Below, one piece after another: positions 19,032-27,663 of a DNA stretch of 64,000 nt. Under the pieces are notes generated by a model that was not told the DNA's origin, ran no database searches, and was given only the letters and a program-made list of their open reading frames with translations. Location: positions 32,856 to 96,855 of the forward strand of contig JAZQEP010000034.1 of NCBI GenBank assembly GCA_045539075.1, in the 5' to 3' direction. How positions within the stretch are numbered: the stretch's first letter is position 1; the number at the start of each line of letters is the position of its first letter. Source of the stretch: Faecousia sp. (GTDB taxonomy: Bacteria; Bacillota; Clostridia; Oscillospirales; Oscillospiraceae). Position numbers and translations under genes: made by a program.

Positions 19032-20033
19032 ATGTCCGGTAATGTTCGTCCCGAATCCATGGAGCGCATCACCAATTTTGACCTGGCCAACAAGTTCATC
19101 GATGAGCAGGTTGCTGCTGTCCGTGAGCAGGTTGGTGACAAGAAGGTCCTGCTGGCCCTGTCCGGCGGTGTTGACTCCTCTGTTGTCGCCGCTCTGCTGA
19201 TCAAGGCCATCGGCAAGCAGCTGGTCTGCGTCCACGTCAACCACGGCCTGATGCGTAAGGACGAGTCTGAGGGTGTCATCAAGATGTTCAAGGATGGCCT
19301 GGATGCAAACCTGATCTATGTTGACGCCACTGACCATTTCCTGGGCCTGCTGGCCGGTGTCTCTGACCCCGAGACCAAGCGCAAGATCATCGGCAAGGAA
19401 TTCATCACTGTCTTCGCTGACGAAGCCCGTAAGCTGGAGGATATCACCTTCCTGGCTCAGGGTACCATCTACCCCGACATTCTGGAGTCCCAGAAGGCTG
19501 CCGAGGGCAAGAAGGCCGTCAAGTCCCACCACAATGTGGGTGGTCTGCCCGAGGATCTGAAGTTCGAGCTGGTTGAGCCCATCAAGCTGCTTTTCAAGGA
19601 CGAAGTCCGTGTGGTGGGCGAGGCCCTGGGTCTGCCCCACGCTATGGTCTACCGTCAGCCCTTCCCCGGCCCCGGCCTGGGTGTCCGCTGCCTGGGTGCC
19701 ATTACCCGCGATCGTCTGCATGCTCTGCGTGAGGCCGATGCTATCCTCCGCGAAGAGTTCGCCAACTGCGGTCTGGCTGAGAAGGTTTGGCAGTATTTCG
19801 TGGTCGTGCCCGATATCAAGAGCGTTGGCGTCCGTGATGAGAGCCGCTACGAAGGCTGGCCCGCCATCATCCGCGCCGTCAACACCACCGATGCCATGAC
19901 CGCCACCGTAGAGGAGATTCCCTACGCTGTGCTGCACAAGATCGTGGACCGCATCACCCATGAGGTGGAGGGTATCAACCGCGTTCTGATGGACCTGACC
20001 CCCAAGCCCGTGGGCACCATTGAATGGGAATAA
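19032..20033 (+). CDS. guaA: GMP synthase ATP-pyrophosphatase + dimerisation domains only (no glutamine amidotransferase domain)
   Basis: 333 aa. PP-loop LALSGGVDSSV and C-terminal GTIEWE. Strong GGAGG RBS and its own TTGCAG-17-TATAAT promoter. The ORF begins exactly at the GATase/PPase domain boundary. Confidence 0.85.
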   Translation: MSGNVRPESMERITNFDLANKFIDEQVAAVREQVGDKKVLLALSGGVDSSVVAALLIKAIGKQLVCVHVNHGLMRKDESEGVIKMFKDGLDANLIYVDATDHFLGLLAGVSDPETKRKIIGKEFITVFADEARKLEDITFLAQGTIYPDILESQKAAEGKKAVKSHHNVGGLPEDLKFELVEPIKLLFKDEVRVVGEALGLPHAMVYRQPFPGPGLGVRCLGAITRDRLHALREADAILREEFANCGLAEKVWQYFVVVPDIKSVGVRDESRYEGWPAIIRAVNTTDAMTATVEEIPYAVLHKIVDRITHEVEGINRVLMDLTPKPVGTIEWE

Positions 20034-20049
20034 TGGCATAATGATTCTA

Positions 20050-20091
20050 AATGGTCTGAAATCCCTTGATTTCAGACCATTTATTTTTTTT
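20050..20091 (+). terminator. rho-independent terminator of guaA
   Basis: 14-bp AATGGTCTGAAATC / GATTTCAGACCATT stem followed by a T-run. Confidence 0.9.
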
Positions 20092-20215
20092 GGCATATCG
20101 TATTATTATCAACAGTGATAAGATTTTGATAAATGGTATATTAACAATGCGCCGTTCCTGGGAGAAATTCTATGGGCGGTATTTTAGTGTATCCATTGAC
20201 TTTCCACTGCAATTC

Positions 20216-20244
20216 TTGACAGCAAACTACGGGAGAATTATAAT
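20216..20244 (+). promoter_or_regulatory. consensus sigma-A promoter
   Basis: TTGACA, 17 nt, TATAAT. Confidence 0.65.
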
Positions 20245-20276
20245 GAACGCAAGATATTAAACAGGAGGATCCCGCC

Positions 20277-21659
20277 ATGGCAACAGCAAAACCCCTCAGT
20301 GAAGAATTTCTCCGCCGACTCGTCCGGGAGAGCCGGAGCTACGACAGGAGCGACACGGTCCGGCTCTGGGAAAACATCCCGGAAAAGAAGCAGCAGAAGA
20401 TCCTGAAAAAGAAGTGGCTGCCCGCCGGTGTGCAGCCCATCGTGGCTGCCTTCTCCCCTCTGGGCCAAATGGGCTTCGTTTTGTGTACCGACGGCGTCTT
20501 CTACGGTCACGGGGTGGATTTCCCCGGCGACAAGGTGTCGCTGGTGGGTCTGATGGGCTTTGATGGCAACTACGTCCTGACCTATGAAGACGGCAGCGAG
20601 GTGCAGCTGCCCCAAATGTACTTTTGCGAAAGATGGCTGCAGGAGATCTTCCGTGCCGTAGCGCGGAGCAACATCGGTCCCCGCCGGGAGATGCGCTATG
20701 AGGCCAATGAGCTGTCCCTTACGCTGCCGAAGTACAGCGTGAGCCGCATGCCGGAGTTCTGGCTGCCCGAGGAGATGCCGCCCCATCTGTGGGCCAAGCT
20801 GCAGCGTGCCTTCCCTGACCTGCCCAAGAATAAGGTGCTGGCCTACTGGGATGACCCCGGGCACCGGGATTTTGGCATAGTCCTCACTAAAGATAGCATC
20901 CTGCGGCGGGACTACCCCGGCGTGGAGGAGATCCGCTTTGAAGAGTGGAGAAGCCTCTTTTTCTCCGATCCTGAAAATGCGAGACTCTGGTTCATGGAGA
21001 CGAAGAATAAGGAGAGAATGAAAGAGGAGAACAGCAGCGAATATGCGAATATTATGGTGGTGCCGAAGCACCTGATGCGTGCGGTGGAGGAACTGGTGGA
21101 CGATCAGTACAGCAGCTGTTGGTGGGACCATATGCGGGGACTGCTGAAAACGGAACGCATCACCCACAATAAGGCGGTGTTTGTCTACAACGTGCGCCGC
21201 CGTCTGCTGGACTATGAGCAGGACCACAGCCTCTGTCCCGAGGCGGGCAACCCCAAGGCCCTGTCCCTCCGTGCCGCCATTGCCCTCAGCTGCGGCGTCT
21301 ATGAGGATGCCCTCTTCTGCTACGAGATGCTGCGCCGGATGCCCTGTGACGTGGACTATCTGGTCCGGTGGGCCCATGCCGGCTTTATGTGCTACTTTTA
21401 CCAGCCCCTGTCCGTCACCTCCGTGCGATGGATGCTGTACTACCTGATGCATTTTGAGGGACCTCGCCTCGTCTCGTATAACATGTTCCTTGACAAATGG
21501 AAGTCTTATCTCCACGAAAACTGGAAGACGCCCCTCATCGACCAGCGCAACGCCCTGGCCCAGCGGTTCAACGCTGTGGCTGAGACCAACGGGCTGCACT
21601 CCGTGCCCATTCTGGACGGCTACGTCATGGACTACTGTCTGGAAAGGATAAAAAAGTAA
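20277..21659 (+). CDS. hypothetical cytoplasmic protein, no family recognised
   Basis: 460 aa. AGGAGG RBS and C-ending codon bias like the housekeeping genes. Flanked by terminators. The opposite-strand 453-aa ORF is judged a shadow. Confidence 0.7.
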   Translation: MATAKPLSEEFLRRLVRESRSYDRSDTVRLWENIPEKKQQKILKKKWLPAGVQPIVAAFSPLGQMGFVLCTDGVFYGHGVDFPGDKVSLVGLMGFDGNYVLTYEDGSEVQLPQMYFCERWLQEIFRAVARSNIGPRREMRYEANELSLTLPKYSVSRMPEFWLPEEMPPHLWAKLQRAFPDLPKNKVLAYWDDPGHRDFGIVLTKDSILRRDYPGVEEIRFEEWRSLFFSDPENARLWFMETKNKERMKEENSSEYANIMVVPKHLMRAVEELVDDQYSSCWWDHMRGLLKTERITHNKAVFVYNVRRRLLDYEQDHSLCPEAGNPKALSLRAAIALSCGVYEDALFCYEMLRRMPCDVDYLVRWAHAGFMCYFYQPLSVTSVRWMLYYLMHFEGPRLVSYNMFLDKWKSYLHENWKTPLIDQRNALAQRFNAVAETNGLHSVPILDGYVMDYCLERIKK

Positions 21660-21676
21660 AAGCTCATTTATGAATC

Positions 21677-21725
21677 ATCCGGAAGTTTCTGGTTTCAGGG
21701 ACTTCCGGATATTAATTTGTATTTT
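21677..21725 (+). terminator. terminator-like hairpin
   Basis: ATCCGGAAGT / ACTTCCGGAT 10-bp stem, then a T-rich tract. Confidence 0.55.
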
Positions 21726-21773
21726 GTCTGTTTGTGTGATATACTCAATTCGATAAGAAAGAGGTGAACGCAA

Positions 21774-22955
21774 ATGGAACTGCAATACATTACCCAGGAT
21801 ATCCGCGACTGTATTCTGGAAGCCGCCCACAGGATGCACCGGCATCCGGAAGTCAGCTGCCAGGAATTCGCAACCACCGCATTTGTGAAGGATTTTCTGA
21901 AAGCACTGAACCTGGAATTTCCTGATAAACAACCAGTCACCGGCGTGATCGGACTTCTTCGGGGCGGAAAACCTGGTCCCACCATTGCTCTTCGGGCGGA
22001 TATTGACGCGCTTCCCATTGAGGAGACACCGGAACATGAAATTCGCTCCGGGAATCCGGGGGTCATGCACGCCTGTGGCCATGATTTCCATACCGCGGCG
22101 CTGCTGGGTGCGGCTATGGCACTGTGCAGGCATCGGGAAACGCTGCGCGGAAACGTGCTGTTTCTCTTTCAGCCGGCAGAAGAACAGTGCAAGGGTGCGC
22201 TGGAAGTGATCGAAACCGGTATCTTTGCGCAATATCCGCCGGATGCATTTTTCGCGCTGCATGTGATGCCGGATATCCCCTTTGGGAAGTTTGGTGTTCG
22301 GGAGGGTCCCATCATGGCGGCACAGGGCTGCTTCAGTATTGATATCGCCGGCAAGGGAGGCCACGGTGCCATGCCCCATTTTACCCGGGACCCTATCATA
22401 GCGGCCGCACGGATCATTGACGGTCTTCAGAGTATCCGTTCCCGGTGGATCGATCCGGTCCAGCCGTTTTCACTTTCTGTTTGCTCTGTCCACGGCGGCA
22501 CCGCCCGCAACATCATTCCCGACGATGTACATCTGGAGGGAACTTACCGCTATGCGTTAGAATCCTACGAAGAGGCGGTCAAGGAACAAATCACCCGTAT
22601 ATCCGAATCCACCGCGCTGGCCCATGGATGTACCGCCCGGTGCGGCTTCTTCCGGGAAATCTTTCCCCTGGTAAATGACAACCATCTGGCGGAGATCGCC
22701 CGCAAGGCGGCCTCTTCTTTGTATGGTGAAGAGAATCTGCTGGTGCAGGACTTCCGGATGATCTCAGAGGATTTTGGCTTTTTCAGAAAGGTTGCCCCTA
22801 TCTTTATGTACCATGTGGGTATCGGCGCGGCGGATGGATCATCCCCGGGGCTTCATAATTCTGCCTTTATTGTGCCGGATGAAGCTGCGCCTATGTGTGC
22901 CGAATTGATGACCAGAACCGCCTTTGCAGCTTTGAACGATAAAATACGTCCGTAA
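21774..22955 (+). CDS. M20-family amidohydrolase (N-acyl-amino-acid / hippurate hydrolase-like)
   Basis: HRHPEVS, ALRADIDALPIEE and HACGHDFH motifs. Confidence 0.88.
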   Translation: MELQYITQDIRDCILEAAHRMHRHPEVSCQEFATTAFVKDFLKALNLEFPDKQPVTGVIGLLRGGKPGPTIALRADIDALPIEETPEHEIRSGNPGVMHACGHDFHTAALLGAAMALCRHRETLRGNVLFLFQPAEEQCKGALEVIETGIFAQYPPDAFFALHVMPDIPFGKFGVREGPIMAAQGCFSIDIAGKGGHGAMPHFTRDPIIAAARIIDGLQSIRSRWIDPVQPFSLSVCSVHGGTARNIIPDDVHLEGTYRYALESYEEAVKEQITRISESTALAHGCTARCGFFREIFPLVNDNHLAEIARKAASSLYGEENLLVQDFRMISEDFGFFRKVAPIFMYHVGIGAADGSSPGLHNSAFIVPDEAAPMCAELMTRTAFAALNDKIRP

Positions 22956-23012
22956 GTTTACTGAAAAATCTATCGCCCCTGCTTATTTCAGCAGGGGCGA
23001 TCATATGCAAAA

Positions 23013-23327
23013 TCAACGCTCTAAAGCCAGCAGGGCAGTGCTTTCCGATTCCAGCTGGGCTTTCAGACTGAAGATCAACCGAAGCTGCTGGCGAATATCC
23101 TGAGTGCGGGCAACACATTGCGCCTTCGTGCCCGCAAGCCTTTTGGCATAGAGTTGGGAACTATGGTCATCGGGCTCTCGGGTGAGCATTTTTTCTTCTT
23201 CAAGAGCTTTCTGATACATTTTCTCAACGGCTTCCAGCTGGGTCAGAAGCTGGGGAATTTTGCGAAGATACTCGCAGTAGATTTCCATGCGGCATCGCTC
23301 TTCCTGGGTGTTCAGAAGCAGTTCCAT
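23013..23327 (-). CDS. hypothetical small coiled-coil protein
   Basis: 104 aa. AAGGAGG RBS, TTGCCA-17-TATAAT promoter, and a downstream hairpin at 22972-23001. Confidence 0.6.
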   Translation of the reverse strand: MELLLNTQEERCRMEIYCEYLRKIPQLLTQLEAVEKMYQKALEEEKMLTREPDDHSSQLYAKRLAGTKAQCVARTQDIRQQLRLIFSLKAQLESESTALLALER

Positions 23328-23444
23328 GTCCGGTTCCTCCTTGGCAATTCCTGTATAAAACCATTATATAGCCAAGGAGGGCCTTTGGCAAGTTTTTTGG
23401 TTTCCGGACGATGAAAAACTTTTTTAAAAAACATGAAAAAAGTG

Positions 23445-23473
23445 TTGACAAATCGGGAAGCACATGTTATTAT
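23445..23473 (+). promoter_or_regulatory. promoter of the tRNA-Leu pair
   Basis: TTGACA, 17 nt, TATTAT. Confidence 0.6.
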
Positions 23474-23517
23474 GTTCAAGCGCTGAGGGAAACCAAGGTG
23501 CTCAAGAGAATAGAGAT

Positions 23518-23605
23518 GGGCGAGTGGTGGAATTGGTAGACTCGCTAGATTCAGGTTCTAGTGTTCATTGCGGACGTGCGGGTTCAAGTCCCGCCTCGCC
23601 CACCA
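23518..23605 (+). tRNA. tRNA-Leu (anticodon CAG), copy 1
   Basis: GGGCGAGTGGTGGAATTGGTAGAC..., anticodon loop TTCAGGT, long variable arm, GGTTCAAGTCC T-loop, encoded CCA. Confidence 0.9.
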
Positions 23606-23633
23606 ATCTCTTTTCTTTTACATAACTTTATAT

Positions 23634-23721
23634 GGGCGAGTGGTGGAATTGGTAGACTCGCTAGATTCAGGTTCTAGTGTTCACTGCGGACGTGCGGGTT
23701 CAAGTCCCGCCTCGCCCACCA
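23634..23721 (+). tRNA. tRNA-Leu (anticodon CAG), copy 2
   Basis: Identical to copy 1 except one base in the variable arm (cattg vs cactg). Confidence 0.9.
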
Positions 23722-23723
23722 AA

Positions 23724-23755
23724 AACGGTACGCATTTGCGTACCGTTTTCTTTTT
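23724..23755 (+). terminator. rho-independent terminator
   Basis: AACGGTACGC / GCGTACCGTT stem followed by TTTCTTTTT. Confidence 0.85.
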
Positions 23756-23874
23756 ATGACAATCTTTCTATTGACAAATCCTTACTGTTTTGAAACAATA
23801 GATAAAAGACCTGTTGTACCTCTGAATATCGGTTTCAACCGGGGGGAGAGGGGTCATAAGAAGGAGGAATCACT

Positions 23875-24759
23875 ATGGCAAAGGAATTTACCATTGAAAA
23901 CGAATATCTGAAGGTGACTGTCACCACCTGGGGTGCCCAGATTAAGAGCGTTGTTCGTAAAATCGATGGCGTGGAGCATATCTGGCAGGCAGATCCTGGC
24001 GTTTGGGGATATCACGCACCCATTCTGTTCCCCCATACCGGCAAGGTCGTGGACGGAAAGATCGAAGCCAAGGGAGGCATCTATGAATCCGGCCAGCATG
24101 GCTTCGCCCGGCTGATGGAGCATAATTTTGTAGAGCAGACTGCGGATACTATTGTGCTGGAATTGTGTGCCGGTGAGGAGACCTTTGCAAAGTTCCCCTA
24201 TGATTTTCGCCTTGTGTCCACGTTCCAACTGGAGGGTGACACCCTGCATCATACGCTGAGCGTGGAAAATCTGGATGATGAGAAGCTGCCCTTTGGTATT
24301 GGTTATCATCCCGCATTCGCTGTCCCCTTTGATGATAAGCACGTTGCAACGGACTATGAACTCCGGTTCAGTGAACCGGAATCTCCCATCTGCCTGAATT
24401 GTCTGCCTACCGGCCTTGTCCAGAAGGATCACTACTACCTGGGCAACAACATTACCTCCATTGCTGTGGACGAGAACCTCTTCGCCAACGACAGCCATTG
24501 TATGGTCAATCTGAGATCCGGATCTCTGGGCCTCTATGAGAAGGGTACCGGCCGGGGTGTTGTGTGTGATATTTCCGAATTCCCCTATACGCTGATCTGG
24601 AGCAAGCCCGGTATGCCCCGTTTTGTGTGCATTGAACCCTGGCAGAGCCTTCCCAGCACCCAGGAGGGGAGCATCAAGTGGGAAGACAAGGCCCACGCAG
24701 CCATCCTGCTGCCTGGCGAAGTCTGGTCCACCACACTGAGCATGTCCTTTGTTCGTTGA
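23875..24759 (+). CDS. aldose 1-epimerase-family protein
   Basis: 294 aa with a mutarotase-like sequence (FPHTGKV, GYHPAF). AGGAGG RBS. Confidence 0.8.
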   Translation: MAKEFTIENEYLKVTVTTWGAQIKSVVRKIDGVEHIWQADPGVWGYHAPILFPHTGKVVDGKIEAKGGIYESGQHGFARLMEHNFVEQTADTIVLELCAGEETFAKFPYDFRLVSTFQLEGDTLHHTLSVENLDDEKLPFGIGYHPAFAVPFDDKHVATDYELRFSEPESPICLNCLPTGLVQKDHYYLGNNITSIAVDENLFANDSHCMVNLRSGSLGLYEKGTGRGVVCDISEFPYTLIWSKPGMPRFVCIEPWQSLPSTQEGSIKWEDKAHAAILLPGEVWSTTLSMSFVR

Positions 24760-24841
24760 TATATTCTGCAACAGCCGCCGAGATAACGGCGGCTGTTTTC
24801 ATAATTTAAGCGGGCATCCAACCTGGATGCCCGCTTGATCT

Positions 24842-26488
24842 TTAGTTCAGCTTAGTGATGGTAGCCTGGATACGCGCTACGGTACGGTCCTTTCCCAGGA
24901 TCTGCATGACGGTGTACAGGTCCGGGGAATTGGTCTTGCCGGTGACGGCCTGGCGGATGAAGGTGGAGATGTCAGCAACAGTGCCGGGGAAGACGGTGGG
25001 GTCTGCCTTGTAGGCCTTCATGTCGGTGGTGAAGCCCATCTCGGTGGTAATGGCCTTGACCTTGTCGAACCAGGTGTTGGAGTCGTCGGCGATATTGAAC
25101 TTCTCCAGGAACCGGTTCAGGGCGTCGATGATGGTAGCCTTCTCGAACTTCTCATCGAACTGGGGCTCGGCCAGGTACTCGTCATAGAAGAAGCCCATGT
25201 AATCCTTGGCGTCCTTCCAGACAGCCAGGTCCTTGCGGGGCTTTTTGCCGCCGCGGCCGATGGCCAGGATTTTGGTAGCGAAGTCCGGGTCGGCTGCCAG
25301 CTTGGCGCCGAAGTCGGGGTCGAACTCCTGTGCCCACTCGGTTAGCAGGCAGTAGACTTCCTCAGCAGTCATCTTGGAGATGACGTTCTTGCTTACGTCG
25401 GTGAGCTTGGCGTAATCGAAGAGGGAACCGGCGGGGTTCAGCTTCTTGGGGCTGAACTTGAAGGTCTCGGCAGGTGCATCGGGGTTGGCCCGGCGCCAGT
25501 CCTCAAAGTTGGAGTTCAGGATGGTCATGATGTACTCATAGACCGCCTTGACCGGGAAACCCTCAGCCTTGTAGAAGGTCAGTGCCAGCTCGGGGTCCTT
25601 GCGCTTGGAGAGCTTGCGCTTGGAATTGCCGTCCATTTTCATCAGAGGTCCGATATGCACATACTTGGGCAGCTTGAAGCCCAGAGCCTTGAACAGCTGG
25701 ATGTGGAAGGGCAGGGTGGGCAGCCACTCGTCGCCCCGGACCACATGAGTGGTGCGCATCAGGTGGTCGTCGCAGGCGTGGGCGAAGTGATAGGTGGGGA
25801 TGCCGTCGGACTTCAGCAGCACATGGTCCACATTGTTCTCGGTGATGGTCAGCTTGCCCTTCACCAGGTCATCAAACTTAAACTGATTTTCGATTGACCC
25901 CATGGATTTGAAGCGCAGGACCCAGGGATTGCCGGCAGAAAGCTGGGCCTGGATATCCTCCATGGAACGATCCCGCCACATGGCGTACTTGCCGTAGTAG
26001 CCGGTGGTCTCCTTGTTGGCTTCCTGCACTTCACGCATGGCGCTCAGCTCTTCCTCAGTGCAGAAGCAGGGATAGGCCTGCCCCTCGGAGACCAGCTTCT
26101 TGGCATAGACATGGTAGATGGAAGCTCTCTGACGCTGACGGTAGGGGCCATAGAGGCCATTGTTACCGTCATGGGTTGCGCCCTCGTCAAACTGGATGCC
26201 ATAGTGCTTCAGGGTGTCGATGAGCACCTCCACAGCACCGGGAACCTCACGCTTGGCGTCGGTGTCTTCCACCCGAAGGAACAGCACGCCGCCGGACTGG
26301 TGGGCCATACGCTCGGAGGTCAGACCCTGGACCAGATTGCCCAGGTGGACGAAGCCGGTGGGAGAGGGAGCCATACGGGTGATGACGGCACCCTCGGGTA
26401 CGTTACGAACAGGGAAACGCTCTTCCAGAGACTCGGGAGTCTCGGTAACGTTGGGGAACAGGAGATCAGCCAATGCCTGATAATCCAT
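24842..26488 (-). CDS. gltX: glutamate--tRNA ligase
   Basis: PSPTGFVHLGN (HIGH-type) and KLSKR (KMSKS-type) motifs. ATG 26488 is preferred over the track start 26563. TTGATT-17-TATACT promoter at 26525-26553. Confidence 0.9.
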   Translation of the reverse strand: MDYQALADLLFPNVTETPESLEERFPVRNVPEGAVITRMAPSPTGFVHLGNLVQGLTSERMAHQSGGVLFLRVEDTDAKREVPGAVEVLIDTLKHYGIQFDEGATHDGNNGLYGPYRQRQRASIYHVYAKKLVSEGQAYPCFCTEEELSAMREVQEANKETTGYYGKYAMWRDRSMEDIQAQLSAGNPWVLRFKSMGSIENQFKFDDLVKGKLTITENNVDHVLLKSDGIPTYHFAHACDDHLMRTTHVVRGDEWLPTLPFHIQLFKALGFKLPKYVHIGPLMKMDGNSKRKLSKRKDPELALTFYKAEGFPVKAVYEYIMTILNSNFEDWRRANPDAPAETFKFSPKKLNPAGSLFDYAKLTDVSKNVISKMTAEEVYCLLTEWAQEFDPDFGAKLAADPDFATKILAIGRGGKKPRKDLAVWKDAKDYMGFFYDEYLAEPQFDEKFEKATIIDALNRFLEKFNIADDSNTWFDKVKAITTEMGFTTDMKAYKADPTVFPGTVADISTFIRQAVTGKTNSPDLYTVMQILGKDRTVARIQATITKLN

Positions 26489-26577
26489 AGAAAAATACCT
26501 CTTTTGCTTAAAATTTCTTCGTAAAGTATAGCATAGGCAGGGAAAGAAATCAATTACCAGCAAGTTGAAAATAAGGA

Positions 26578-26791
26578 TTGACAGGGTAAATTTTTGGTGT
26601 TACCATAAGAAAAATCTTTATGGAGGCCCATGACAATGCTGCTGCGCAATGTATCTTACATCAGTGCTGCCTGGTTCGTTCCTTACTGGTCTGGGAACGG
26701 GCTTACATTGTCATACTCTTTTTGATCCGGTAGCGCGGGAAAATAGGTGTGTACGGTGTAAGCGTTGAGCTTACGCCGATTTTTTTATTTT
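26578..26791 (+). promoter_or_regulatory. promoter plus structured leader ending in an intrinsic terminator (riboswitch/attenuator candidate, class not recognised)
   Basis: TTGACA-17-TGtTACCAT promoter. A 9-bp helix ATGACAATG/CATTGTCAT (26630-26638/26706-26714) encloses two hairpins. Terminator is CGGTGTAAGC/GCTTACGCCG plus U7 (26754-26791), 14 nt before the ATG. Confidence 0.45.
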
Positions 26792-26804
26792 AGGGGGAAA
26801 GAAC

Positions 26805-27593
26805 ATGGAAACGCTGAAGGCACTGACGGAATTTTACAGCAATTACGACGAAGAAGGCCGTCTGCTGAGCAGGCACGGACAGGTAGAGTACCTGACCACC
26901 ATGCGCTATATCGAAAAATACCTGCGGCCCGGGATGCGGGTTCTCGAAATCGGTGCCGCCACCGGACGGTATTCCCATACGCTGGCCAGGATGGGTTACC
27001 GGGTGGACGCGGTGGAACTGGTGCAGTATAATATTGACATTTTTACTTCTCTGACCCAGCCGGGGGAGAATGTGACCATTCGCCAGGGAAATGCTAAGGA
27101 TTTACATTTCTTTAACGATGAAACCTTTGATATGACTTTGCTGCTGGGCCCTATGTATCACCTGTTCACGGTGGAGGAGCAGCTTCAGGCTCTTTCCGAG
27201 GCCATTCGGGTGACGAAAAAGGGCGGCATCATCATGGCCGCATACTGCGGCAATGATGCAACCATGGTCCAGTACTGCTTCGGCCGGGGCATGCTGAAGG
27301 AACAGCGGTATCGGGATCTGGTGAATTTTGAGACATTTAAGGCATCCTCTGATCCCGCTGAGCTGTTTGAATTGTACCGTAAGGAAGATATCGACGCGCT
27401 GATGTCCCGTTTCTGCACAGAACGACTTCACTTTGTGGGTACGGATATGGCTACGAACTACATGCGTGATGTCATTGACGAAATGGATGATGACTTTTTT
27501 GCACTGTATCTTCAATACCATTTTACCATCTGCGAGCGTGCGGATATGGTTGGTACATCCCATCACTTCCTGGACGTCTTCCGAAAATTGTAA
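26805..27593 (+). CDS. class I SAM-dependent methyltransferase
   Basis: 262 aa. Motif I is VLEIGAATGRY. Confidence 0.8.
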   Translation: METLKALTEFYSNYDEEGRLLSRHGQVEYLTTMRYIEKYLRPGMRVLEIGAATGRYSHTLARMGYRVDAVELVQYNIDIFTSLTQPGENVTIRQGNAKDLHFFNDETFDMTLLLGPMYHLFTVEEQLQALSEAIRVTKKGGIIMAAYCGNDATMVQYCFGRGMLKEQRYRDLVNFETFKASSDPAELFELYRKEDIDALMSRFCTERLHFVGTDMATNYMRDVIDEMDDDFFALYLQYHFTICERADMVGTSHHFLDVFRKL

Positions 27594-27599
27594 AAAAGC

Positions 27600-27628
27600 T
27601 TGCACACCGGGGACAAGTGTGCTAATAT
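27600..27628 (+). promoter_or_regulatory. promoter of trpS
   Basis: TTGCAC, 17 nt, TAATAT. Confidence 0.5.
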
Positions 27629-27663
27629 GACAAAAGTATATCTTGAAAAGGAACGTGAACATC

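Noticed and set aside
17890-20096. 363-aa ORFs antisense to the PfkB kinase (17890-18981, +) and to guaA (19005-20096, -). The 376-aa and 447-aa ORFs antisense to trpS and pyk are the same kind of ORF.
   Set aside because: The reasoning is the same: they lie opposite motif-bearing genes, have biased composition and lack translation signals.
20238-21599. 453-aa minus-strand ORF opposite the 460-aa orphan gene.
   Set aside because: It has no RBS or promoter, and its composition is Pro/His/Gly/Leu-rich and biased. The plus-strand ORF has a consensus promoter, an AGGAGG RBS and flanking terminators.
23568-23759. 63-aa ORF spanning the two tRNA-Leu genes.
   Set aside because: It is composed of tRNA and spacer sequence.
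26489-27663. T-box leaders upstream of gltX and trpS.
   Set aside because: No GGGUGGUACCGCG-like T-box sequence or specifier-loop architecture was found. The trpS 5' UTR is only about 30 nt. The segment GGTAGCGCGGG at 26729-26739 matches only 8 of 12 T-box positions and lacks the surrounding structure.
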